This document shows positions 55,069 to 64,000 of a DNA stretch of 64,000 nucleotides, piece after piece. The stretch is from positions 337,396-401,395 of the forward strand of contig JBNLDQ010000009.1 in assembly GCA_050304475.1 (NCBI GenBank), in the 5' to 3' direction. A program made the translations under genes and the position numbers. The stretch is from Turneriellaceae bacterium. GTDB taxonomy: Bacteria; Spirochaetota; Leptospiria; Turneriellales; JAOUFE01. The first letter of the stretch is position 1, and every line of letters starts with the position of its first letter. The notes under the pieces were generated by a model that had not been told where the DNA came from, did no database searches, and saw only the letters and a program-made list of their open reading frames with translations.

Positions 55069-55911
55069 CTAGGCTTTTCGACAGGTGCGCGAGCTTTCGC
55101 GCATCAGCGCCGCTTTTATTTTTTCATTGCCTTTTTTTAAGCGCCGGTGAACATATGAAATGCTTGTGTTCATAAGAGACGCAATCACTCGCATCGGTTC
55201 GCCGCGGTGTACGGAAAAAAATCTCTCGAGAAGCCTTTTCTTTTTTTGTTCATTTTTTTGCGTCTCGGTTTCTTGCAGCCTCTGTTGCATGTCAAGGTTC
55301 AGGTAATGAATCTTTTCGTGAAGTTTCTCTTTTTCTTTTTTTTCCTCTGCTCTCTTTTGTTCGAGAGAGTCCCGGTATTGTCTAAACTCCGAAAAGAAAT
55401 TTCGGGTTCCGTTTCTTTGGAACAACACGCGGAAATTTTTCAATCGCAAAGGAAAACCATAGTAAAGTCGTATAACGGTTTCTTCTTCGGGTTCAAGTTG
55501 CCCGAGAATATCGCCTATACTCGTATCTTCTTGCGCCGAATACTCTTGCGAATGATCGAAGACCGACTCGTATTTCAACTCGGGCTTGATTTCGTAAAAG
55601 GCGTTTATATTTTCGCGCATTTCTTGCTTATGTTTTTTGGCCAGAAAATTCAAATACCGGCGTTTCATTTTCACCAGCAGGTAAACGTCAAATGCGATAT
55701 TATACGACGGATCATATTCATCGAGAATTTGTTCAATGCGAGGCGCCGTCGCCATATAAAATTCGGACGCCTGGTCCTGGGTGGCCCGAAATCTTTTGCG
55801 GGGGTAATCATAGACAAATCGATGCAGTTCTTTTAAAATAACTTTCCGATAACGCTCGGCGGAAGAACGGTCATAGAGATTAAAAAGTTCTTGAAAATCT
55901 GTCTCGTTCAT
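55069..55911 (-). CDS. Sigma-70/ECF-like DNA-binding protein with coiled-coil insertion inside region 4
   Basis: Region-4.1-like LEPEEETVIRLYYGFPL and region-4.2-like HTH MRVIASLMNTSISYVHRRLKKGNEKIK are separated by ~85 aa rich in E/K/Q. Start trimmed to ATG 55911. Confidence 0.45.
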   Translation of the reverse strand: MNETDFQELFNLYDRSSAERYRKVILKELHRFVYDYPRKRFRATQDQASEFYMATAPRIEQILDEYDPSYNIAFDVYLLVKMKRRYLNFLAKKHKQEMRENINAFYEIKPELKYESVFDHSQEYSAQEDTSIGDILGQLEPEEETVIRLYYGFPLRLKNFRVLFQRNGTRNFFSEFRQYRDSLEQKRAEEKKEKEKLHEKIHYLNLDMQQRLQETETQKNEQKKKRLLERFFSVHRGEPMRVIASLMNTSISYVHRRLKKGNEKIKAALMRESSRTCRKA

Positions 55912-56058
55912 ACATTCTGACCAACAATATTTTATATTGGTAAAAAATTGCCCCTTCAATTAGAGACATTTTAAACCTTTTCACGGACAAAAATTATGCC
56001 CCGCTTGAAAATTGCAACGCTTTTTTTACCGATTAAAATTGTAGACACGAGGTAAAAA

Positions 56059-56907
56059 ATGAGATTTGCTAAACTGGAAGGCTTGGGAAATGATTATTTA
56101 TTCACTGAGGATATTCCGAAAAACCCGTCGCGGGCCGCTCGGCTTTTATGCGACCGGCACTACGGAGTTGGAGCTGACGGCCTTGTTTTAATTCTTCCGC
56201 CCGAAAACCCCGAAGCCGACGTACTCATTCGTATTTTTAATCCGGACGGGTCCGAAGCGGAGATGTGCGGGAACGCTTTGCGTTGTCTCGGCAAGTACCT
56301 CTATGATCGCGGTAAAACAAGCAAACAAGATTTAATGGTAGAAACCATTAAAGGAATCGTTCCCACTGTTTTAATGGTGCGTGACGGCCGCGTTTATCGC
56401 GTGAAAGCCGACATGGGCGAGCCTATTTTTCAACGAGCCCAGATTCCGATGCAATGCGCTCCCGGCGAAGAAGAACAACAGGTATTGAACGAAAAAATTT
56501 ATCTCGATGGTATGGAAACATTTGAATTTACCGCTGTTTCGCTTGGCAACCCGCACTGTGTCATTTGGGTGGACAGCGTAGACGATTTCAATGTAGAAAA
56601 ATACGGTCCCATGATTGAAACATACTCTATGTTTCCGAACCGCATTAATGTTGAATTTATTCAGATGCTTGACGAAGATATGATCAAACAACGTACCTGG
56701 GAACGCGGCGTAGGGGAAACCCTGGCTTGCGGAACCGGCGCTTCCGCCTCTGTTGTGGCCGGAGTTTTATCGGGCAAAATCAAACGCAAAAGTAAAGTGG
56801 AACTCAAAGGCGGGATTCTTGAAATTTACTGGTCCGAAAAAGACAACCATGTGTATATGACCGGCCCATGCAAAGACGTCTTTGAAGGCGAAACTCATAT
56901 CATTTAA
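56059..56907 (+). CDS. dapF: Diaminopimelate epimerase
   Basis: GLGNDYLF plus both catalytic Cys motifs (NPDGSEAEMCGNALRC, ERGVGETLACGTGASA). Confidence 0.95.
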   Translation: MRFAKLEGLGNDYLFTEDIPKNPSRAARLLCDRHYGVGADGLVLILPPENPEADVLIRIFNPDGSEAEMCGNALRCLGKYLYDRGKTSKQDLMVETIKGIVPTVLMVRDGRVYRVKADMGEPIFQRAQIPMQCAPGEEEQQVLNEKIYLDGMETFEFTAVSLGNPHCVIWVDSVDDFNVEKYGPMIETYSMFPNRINVEFIQMLDEDMIKQRTWERGVGETLACGTGASASVVAGVLSGKIKRKSKVELKGGILEIYWSEKDNHVYMTGPCKDVFEGETHII

Positions 56908-56925
56908 CCGTAAACCGAGGTTGCC

Positions 56926-57804
56926 TTGCATTTTCAGGATATTATCCGAACATTAAACGATTACTGGACAAAGCAAGGGTGCATACTTGCCCAGGGAATC
57001 GATAACGAAGTCGGCGCGGGCACCTTTAACCCGCATACCTTTTTACGCGTTCTTGGGTCGCGGCCCTATAAAGTGGCGTACGTTGAACCGTCGCGCCGCC
57101 CAACGGACGGGCGTTACGGCGAAAACCCGAATCGCTTGCAGCATTATTACCAATACCAGGTTATCTTAAAACCCTCGCCCGACAATTCTCAAGAGCTTTA
57201 CCTTGGGTCGTTAAAAGCCCTTGGTTTTGATTTGAACGTTCACGATGTCCGTTTTGTCGAAGACGACTGGGAATCGCCTACGTTGGGCGCCAGCGGACTG
57301 GGCTGGGAAGTCTGGATTGACGGAATGGAAGTTACCCAGTTTACTTACTTTCAAAATTGCGGCGGCCTGGAGTTAAAGCCTGTTTCCGTAGAGTTAACGT
57401 ACGGCCTTGAGCGTTTGGCCATGTACCTGCAAAATGTCGATAACGTGTATGACCTCACTTGGTCGGACGATGTAAAGTACGGCGATATTCACAAGCAAAC
57501 CGAATTTGAATATTCTACGTATAATTTTGAAGTGGCAACCGTTGGCAGACTCAAGAACTGGTTTGACGAATACGAAAAAGAGTGCGTGGCTGTCCTTGAA
57601 TATGAGAAAACCAAACTGGTTTTCCCCGCGTACGATTATCTGATGAAATGCAGTCATACGTTTAACCTGCTTGATGCCCGCGGCGCAATCTCCGTATCGG
57701 AGCGCGTTGAATACATTGCCAGGGTTCGTCACCTTGCCCGCAAGATTGCCCATCGTTACGTGGAAATCCAGGAAAGTGATCCTGCATTATCCGTAAAAAG
57801 TTAA
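56926..57804 (+). CDS. glyQ: Glycyl-tRNA synthetase alpha subunit
   Basis: [17 protein letters not shown]...[14 protein letters not shown]...[29 protein letters not shown] start. Confidence 0.95.
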   Translation: MHFQDIIRTLNDYWTKQGCILAQGIDNEVGAGTFNPHTFLRVLGSRPYKVAYVEPSRRPTDGRYGENPNRLQHYYQYQVILKPSPDNSQELYLGSLKALGFDLNVHDVRFVEDDWESPTLGASGLGWEVWIDGMEVTQFTYFQNCGGLELKPVSVELTYGLERLAMYLQNVDNVYDLTWSDDVKYGDIHKQTEFEYSTYNFEVATVGRLKNWFDEYEKECVAVLEYEKTKLVFPAYDYLMKCSHTFNLLDARGAISVSERVEYIARVRHLARKIAHRYVEIQESDPALSVKS

Positions 57805-57927
57805 TTCAACCGTCAATCATGTAGATAACTTCGAGGTGGCGCCGGATCGCCGCCTTTTTTGTATAATTTTTTTGAATATCGATAAAAGTCTCAAATTTAA
57901 AAGATTTATTTAACAAAGAATCGTAAA

Positions 57928-57995
57928 GCGCGAAAAATTTGGGGTCTACCGGCCCCCACCCACAATTGGGTGGGGGGTGGGTAGGGGAAAAAGAA
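57928..57995 (-). repeat. Intergenic repeat family 1, inverted orientation, with an extended G-run arm
   Basis: 9-bp stem CCCCCACCC/GGGTGGGGG (57953-57961/57968-57976) with loop acaatt. The 3' side continues GGGTGGGGGGTGGGTAGGGG. Confidence 0.8.
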
Positions 57996-58043
57996 AACCC
58001 AAAAAAAGAAAGCAAAACAGACAAAAACAACCGATAGAGATCT

Positions 58044-58430
58044 ATGGCCCCATTCAGGCAAATATGTATCATAGGTGTTTTCTTACTAAGCCAAACGCCG
58101 GCATCAGCGGAGCCAGGCGGAAAAAAAGCTCCGCCCGATACCCTCTTTGAAAAAACAATCTGGCATAAAAAGGTTTCGCACCTGGTTCTCGAAGAAACGG
58201 ACTCTTTTTACAAAGTAACTCTATTGGTCATTGAGCCGTACCCCAACAATTACAAATCGGAAAATTACGCGCTATATTACCGGTACGCCGACTTTCAAGA
58301 AGCGTTTGACAAGTTAACCTGGCTGGACCAATTTTTAAAAAACAACGGCATTTTACGCATTCATATCACTGGCAGCCGCATCACTCATGAAGAAATTCTC
58401 TACCCGGCCGAATCGGCGCCGGCACAATAA
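58044..58430 (+). CDS. Hypothetical secreted protein
   Basis: 128 aa with a signal-like N-terminus (ICIIGVFLLSQTPASA). No family recognised. Confidence 0.5.
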   Translation: MAPFRQICIIGVFLLSQTPASAEPGGKKAPPDTLFEKTIWHKKVSHLVLEETDSFYKVTLLVIEPYPNNYKSENYALYYRYADFQEAFDKLTWLDQFLKNNGILRIHITGSRITHEEILYPAESAPAQ

Positions 58431-58434
58431 GATA

Positions 58435-59556
58435 CTAAACAAGAACCCGGCGCAAGCGGGCCCCAAAACCGGTCATAATTTCATACGATATCGTGTTACA
58501 CAAATCGGCCCATTTTTCAAGAGGCGGCGACCCTTCGCCTAGCAGTAAGATTTCTTTTTCGGACGAGAGCCCGCCTAAAACAATTTGATCCATGGTTACC
58601 CGGCCCAACAAAGGATGACCTTGAAACTCAATCCGGTTTGACAGCGCCCTCGGAATGCCGTCTGCATAACCCAAAGGAATGACACCCACCGGGTAGTTGT
58701 CGCTTGGGACGGAAAAGGTCGACCCATACGAAATTGTCTCGCCTTCTTCCATTTTTCGCAAGCTAATGGGGTGGGCCGCCAGCTCCAAGGCGGGTTGTAT
58801 GGGAAATTTATCGTGGAGCTCTTGCCAGTCTTCCCAGGTTTGAAAATAGCCGTAAAAAATAAGGCCAGGTCTTACCATATCGAGATGCGAAGAGGGATGG
58901 TGTAAAATGCCGTAAGAATTCGCCGCATGCAGCAAAATATTTTCGTCTGATATCTCTAACGCCGCCTGGATATGCCCGGCTACTTCTTGAAAACCGTTTA
59001 CAATAAAATCGGTTGAGGGATCCTTCGATTGATCGGACTTGGGAAAGTGGGTAAAAATTCCCCGGACTTCAAGATACTCGGTTTGCCGCAATTGGGCTAC
59101 CAGCTCTTCTACATCCCCTGGTTTGATTCCTATCCGGCCCATCCCTAAATCAAGTTTTATATGGACCCCGGTTTTGCGGACAACGCTTCTCGCCTTTTCT
59201 TCTAACGCCCGCACCTGCCATAAATCCGTTATGCTGGCTTCCAGGTCGTATTGGCAGAATACACCCGCATGTTCCGGAAAAAAACCGCCTAAATTCAAGA
59301 TTGAGTTTTCCCAGCCCATGCCTCTTAACTCTATCCCCTCGCGGGGGTTTGCAACGCCCAGGTAGTCTATTCCTTTTTCCCGGAAAAAGGGGATCATTTG
59401 CGGCAAGCCGCAGCCGTATGCGTTTGCCTTCACCGGAATCAATATTTGGGTTTTTTCGGGGATCAGGCCTTGTATGACCGCCAAGTTTTGATTTAACGCC
59501 TTTTTTGAAATACGCAGGCTGGGGTAAAGGCTGGTTGAAGTTTCTACCACATTCAT
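58435..59556 (-). CDS. alr: Alanine racemase
   Basis: PLP-lysine motif PVKANAYGCG and the C-terminal beta-domain pattern ISYGSTF...GYADG. Confidence 0.9.
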   Translation of the reverse strand: MNVVETSTSLYPSLRISKKALNQNLAVIQGLIPEKTQILIPVKANAYGCGLPQMIPFFREKGIDYLGVANPREGIELRGMGWENSILNLGGFFPEHAGVFCQYDLEASITDLWQVRALEEKARSVVRKTGVHIKLDLGMGRIGIKPGDVEELVAQLRQTEYLEVRGIFTHFPKSDQSKDPSTDFIVNGFQEVAGHIQAALEISDENILLHAANSYGILHHPSSHLDMVRPGLIFYGYFQTWEDWQELHDKFPIQPALELAAHPISLRKMEEGETISYGSTFSVPSDNYPVGVIPLGYADGIPRALSNRIEFQGHPLLGRVTMDQIVLGGLSSEKEILLLGEGSPPLEKWADLCNTISYEIMTGFGARLRRVLV

Positions 59557-59559
59557 TCT

Positions 59560-61671
59560 TTACTTTACTGCGGACTCCAACCGCTTTGCACTTTTCTTGT
59601 TTATCTTTTCTACAAAAGCGCCAATGTCATCGACATGGAGCGGCTTACTGATATAATACCCTTGAATCAAATCGGCGCCATGCTTTCTCACAAAGTCATA
59701 TTGCTCGCGGTTTTCGACGCCCTCGGCTACGGTTTTATACTTTAAGCCGTGCGCCATACTAATCAATGCGGTTACTATCGCCGATGAATCGGAATCATAA
59801 GGAAGTTCATTGATAAACGCCCTGTCAATTTTTAACTTTGCCAGCGGAAATTTTTTCAAATAACTTAAGGAAGAATAACCAATGCCAAAATCATCAAGCG
59901 CAATCCGAAAACCGTGCCGGTTGATATCGTCCATAATTTTAACGCTATATTCCAGATCATTCATCGCCACGCCTTCGGTCACTTCAATCTCGATTTTTGA
60001 AGCCGGCAGGCTCCCTAAATCCAGTGTCTTTTTCAGGTAATTCAGCATTTGATGGTTTTGAAATTCGCGCGCTGAAAAATTAATGGCAATGGTTATATCT
60101 TTTAGATATTCGTCTTTTTTCCACCGCTGCAATTGCAGCGAAGTCTCTTCAATGACCCAGGCGCCTATGAGTAAAATCAAATCGCTTTGCTCGGCTATGG
60201 GTATAAACTTTTCGGGACTTACCGGTTCTTTTCCTTTTTCTTCCCAACGTAGCAAAGCTTCCATAGCGACGACCATTTCGGTTTTTGCGTCCATTATCGG
60301 TTGAAAAACCAGTGAGAACTCATCGTGTTCAATTGCATGCCGCAAAGCGGCTTCCATTCGAATGATTTCAATCGCCCTTTGCCTCATTTCCGGGTTATAC
60401 ACTTCGCGCCCGTTTCTGCCTTGCGCCATTGCGCGCTCGAGAGCGGAATTGCCGTCGCGAATAATTTCTTCAGCAGACTCATACTTCGTATTGCTAAAGA
60501 CGATCCCCGTGCTGAAAGAGGGCGAAATCACATTATCTTCGATCTCCACATTTTTTGATATATTCACGTTGAAATTATCCAAAATACGATTTAACGCGGC
60601 ATAGTTGTCTATACCGTTCAGCAAAATGCCGAATACATAATCTTCAATGCGGCCAATGGTATCGGTTGGTTTTACGGCGGTGCGAAAACGTTCTAAAACG
60701 GTTACCAGAAGTTGCTCGGCTGTCTTTACGCCAAAGTTTGTTAAAATGGTACGGTAATTCTCAAGCCCAATGGTCAAATAAACAAAATTATCGCTGTGGT
60801 TGTATTTGATTCGATTCAAAGCTCCTTCGAGCCGGTCCGCAAATAAAATCCGGTTCGGAAGGCCGGTCAGCGAATCTTCCAGTTTCTCGGCGGTAATATC
60901 GCTTAGCGAGCCGCCAACGTTAATAACGGCTCCTTCTTTATTGATATTTGCTTTTCCAATCACTCTTACCCAGCGGTACGAGTTATTTTTATCTAAAAGC
61001 CGGTGTTCATTAATTAATTTAGGCGTATCGCCGGCAAAATGTTGGGCCAGGGCGTCTTCAAACTCATCGACATCGCCCGGATGAATTCGATTAAACCATT
61101 CGTCGGGGTTATTTTTAATTTCGTGATCTTGGTAACCCAGTATCTCTTTCCAGCGCGGCGAATAGTAGATTGTGCCTTTTCTGAGATTCCATTCCCAAAT
61201 GCCGTCGTTAGTGGCCTCAACGGCCAAAGAGTATCTCTCTTCGCTCTCTTTCAAGGCTTCTAAAACAGCGGCGCGTTCAATGGCATATACAATGGAACGG
61301 TAAAGCAATACCTTGTTTACTTTGCCTTTGACGAGATAATCTTGCGCTCCGGATTTAACGGCTTGCAACGCCAGATTCGTATCGTCGACGCCTGTTAAGA
61401 CAATGATCGGAATATTATAATTTAGTCCGTGAAGTTTATGAAACGTATCAAGACCGGCTGAATCGGGTAAGGTTAAATCAAGCAAGACAAGTTGAAACGT
61501 ATCGATTTCAAGATACTCTACGGCTTCGGCCAGCGATTCAACATTGACCATTTCGAAAATTTTGTTACCAACCTCGTCTTGATCATTACCAAGGTTGGCA
61601 ATCAACGCTTCCAGATACCCGACATTTACGGGGTTATCTTCCACTAACAATATACGAATGACCGAGTCCAT
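59560..61671 (-). CDS. Response regulator: REC-PAS-degenerate GGDEF-EAL (predicted c-di-GMP phosphodiesterase)
   Basis: REC (ILLVEDNPVN...LVLLDLTLPD), PAS, GGDEF position reads RIEDYVF (degenerate), intact EAL-domain motifs (MEALLRW, DDFGIGYSSLSYL, KIDRAFI, AEGVEN). Start at ATG 61671. Confidence 0.85.
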   Translation of the reverse strand: MDSVIRILLVEDNPVNVGYLEALIANLGNDQDEVGNKIFEMVNVESLAEAVEYLEIDTFQLVLLDLTLPDSAGLDTFHKLHGLNYNIPIIVLTGVDDTNLALQAVKSGAQDYLVKGKVNKVLLYRSIVYAIERAAVLEALKESEERYSLAVEATNDGIWEWNLRKGTIYYSPRWKEILGYQDHEIKNNPDEWFNRIHPGDVDEFEDALAQHFAGDTPKLINEHRLLDKNNSYRWVRVIGKANINKEGAVINVGGSLSDITAEKLEDSLTGLPNRILFADRLEGALNRIKYNHSDNFVYLTIGLENYRTILTNFGVKTAEQLLVTVLERFRTAVKPTDTIGRIEDYVFGILLNGIDNYAALNRILDNFNVNISKNVEIEDNVISPSFSTGIVFSNTKYESAEEIIRDGNSALERAMAQGRNGREVYNPEMRQRAIEIIRMEAALRHAIEHDEFSLVFQPIMDAKTEMVVAMEALLRWEEKGKEPVSPEKFIPIAEQSDLILLIGAWVIEETSLQLQRWKKDEYLKDITIAINFSAREFQNHQMLNYLKKTLDLGSLPASKIEIEVTEGVAMNDLEYSVKIMDDINRHGFRIALDDFGIGYSSLSYLKKFPLAKLKIDRAFINELPYDSDSSAIVTALISMAHGLKYKTVAEGVENREQYDFVRKHGADLIQGYYISKPLHVDDIGAFVEKINKKSAKRLESAVK

Positions 61672-61738
61672 AGTTGTACGCCGTCCGGTAGACGGTCCCA
61701 TTTTTATTCTGATTCTATTTAATGGGTGGTCTTATCGT

Positions 61739-62137
61739 CTATTCTTTTTTTGTGCTATAGCGGATTCTTGCTCTTTTTACTTTTACGGAATTTTCCCAAG
61801 TTGAACGATGAACAGGTTCAATTACCTGTCCAATGAGTTCGTTTAACTCTTTTCTTTCCGCTTCCGGATCAATTTCATCCGAGTTCAACGCGCCTTCGAC
61901 CAGTGCGCTTACCTTATTATCGGCAACCTCGACAAAACCGCCGTCTATGATATACGACTGGTTTTCATCGCCAATACTGATCATCACCATGCCCGGATCC
62001 AACTCTCCGATTAAATTTACATGGTATGGCAATACGGTGAACGCAGACTCGCTGCCTGGAAGTGTAATTGAATCAACCTCGCCTTCAAACAAGACCTTTT
62101 CAGGTGATATTACGCTAACATTTAGTATATTTCCCAT
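61739..62137 (-). CDS. atpC: F0F1 ATP synthase subunit epsilon
   Basis: 132 aa with the L.V.V.SPEK.LFEGEV....LPG..G.F.VLP.H pattern. Directly downstream of atpD. Confidence 0.9.
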   Translation of the reverse strand: MGNILNVSVISPEKVLFEGEVDSITLPGSESAFTVLPYHVNLIGELDPGMVMISIGDENQSYIIDGGFVEVADNKVSALVEGALNSDEIDPEAERKELNELIGQVIEPVHRSTWENSVKVKRARIRYSTKKE

Positions 62138-62156
62138 ATTATGGTTAACCCTGCCC

Positions 62157-63581
<1,425 letters not shown>

Positions 63582-63587
63582 CTACTT

Positions 63588-64000
63588 TCAACTTATTGCA
63601 TCTGCACCGGCCACGATTTCGGAAATCTCCTGCGTAATTTTGGCCTGTCTTGCCCGGTTGTAATGCCGGGTCATATCTTTAATCATATCTTGCGCCGAAT
63701 CGGTCGCGTTTTTCATTGCTATTCGACGGGCAATATGCTCGCCTGCCACTGAATCCAGAAATGCCTGAAAACAAGCGACGCGGATAGCCCGCGGCAGCAA
63801 TGACGTTAAAATTTGTTCCGCATTCGGTTCAAAAAGGGCTGCAGTGTTTCCGCCGGCCTTTTTTTCGCTTTCAGACGGGCTTAACGTTAGCGGCAATACC
63901 GGCATAACGTCTGCCGCTTGTCTTGAAGCGCTTAAATATTTTGTATAAACAATTTCTACCGCGTCAATTTCGCCCCGCTCAAAGCTTTCCATAAATTGAT
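63588..64000 (-). CDS. atpG: F0F1 ATP synthase subunit gamma, C-terminal part (5' end beyond the right edge)
   Basis: C-terminal ...RHYNRARQAKITQEISEIVAGADAIS is the conserved gamma tail. The ORF is open to the window edge. Confidence 0.9.
   Translation of the reverse strand, partial: QFMESFERGEIDAVEIVYTKYLSASRQAADVMPVLPLTLSPSESEKKAGGNTAALFEPNAEQILTSLLPRAIRVACFQAFLDSVAGEHIARRIAMKNATDSAQDMIKDMTRHYNRARQAKITQEISEIVAGADAIS

Noticed and set aside
12605-58000. Whether the recurring GC-rich hairpins are a CRISPR array
   Set aside because: The copies are kilobases apart, lie in separate intergenic regions and occur in both orientations. There are no regular repeat-spacer units and no cas genes.

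Overview
64-kb chromosomal segment of a diderm bacterium, moderate GC by eye. I cannot assign taxonomy. It holds about 60 protein-coding genes, most of them housekeeping: thrS, glyQ, purB, dapF, alr, rpmA-obg and atpGDC. The rest are envelope and signalling genes. These include a TonB-dependent receptor-exbB-exbD-exbD-tonB string, feoB, three GGDEF/EAL proteins, a 1644-aa Ig-repeat surface protein and a six-heme lipoprotein cytochrome. An egtB-egtD ergothioneine pair and one compact Type II restriction-modification operon are also present. RNA genes are tRNA-Val(GAC) and a bacterial type-A RNase P RNA; the latter explains several GC-rich spurious ORFs. I see no integrase, transposase, reverse transcriptase, CRISPR array or multi-gene defence island, so most of the window is ordinary. 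The structure not explained by genes is mainly non-coding. (1) Two families of GC-rich palindromic intergenic repeats occur at least 10 times and partly form mosaics. (2) Two near-identical ~66-nt direct repeats bracket the REase-methylase-dipeptidase operon. (3) A 28-nt direct repeat pair brackets a two-gene cassette. (4) A 580-nt gene-free tract lies upstream of rnpB and contains a terminator-like hairpin with no upstream gene. Coding oddities include an in-frame TAG in a DUF3524-type glycosyltransferase and stop/start-overlapped extra genes behind egtBD. Others are a sigma-like protein with a split region 4, a stand-alone FliG C-domain protein, and an Lnt-like membrane protein lacking catalytic residues. 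All calls rest on reading the translated ORFs and the sequence by eye; no searches or folding programs were run.
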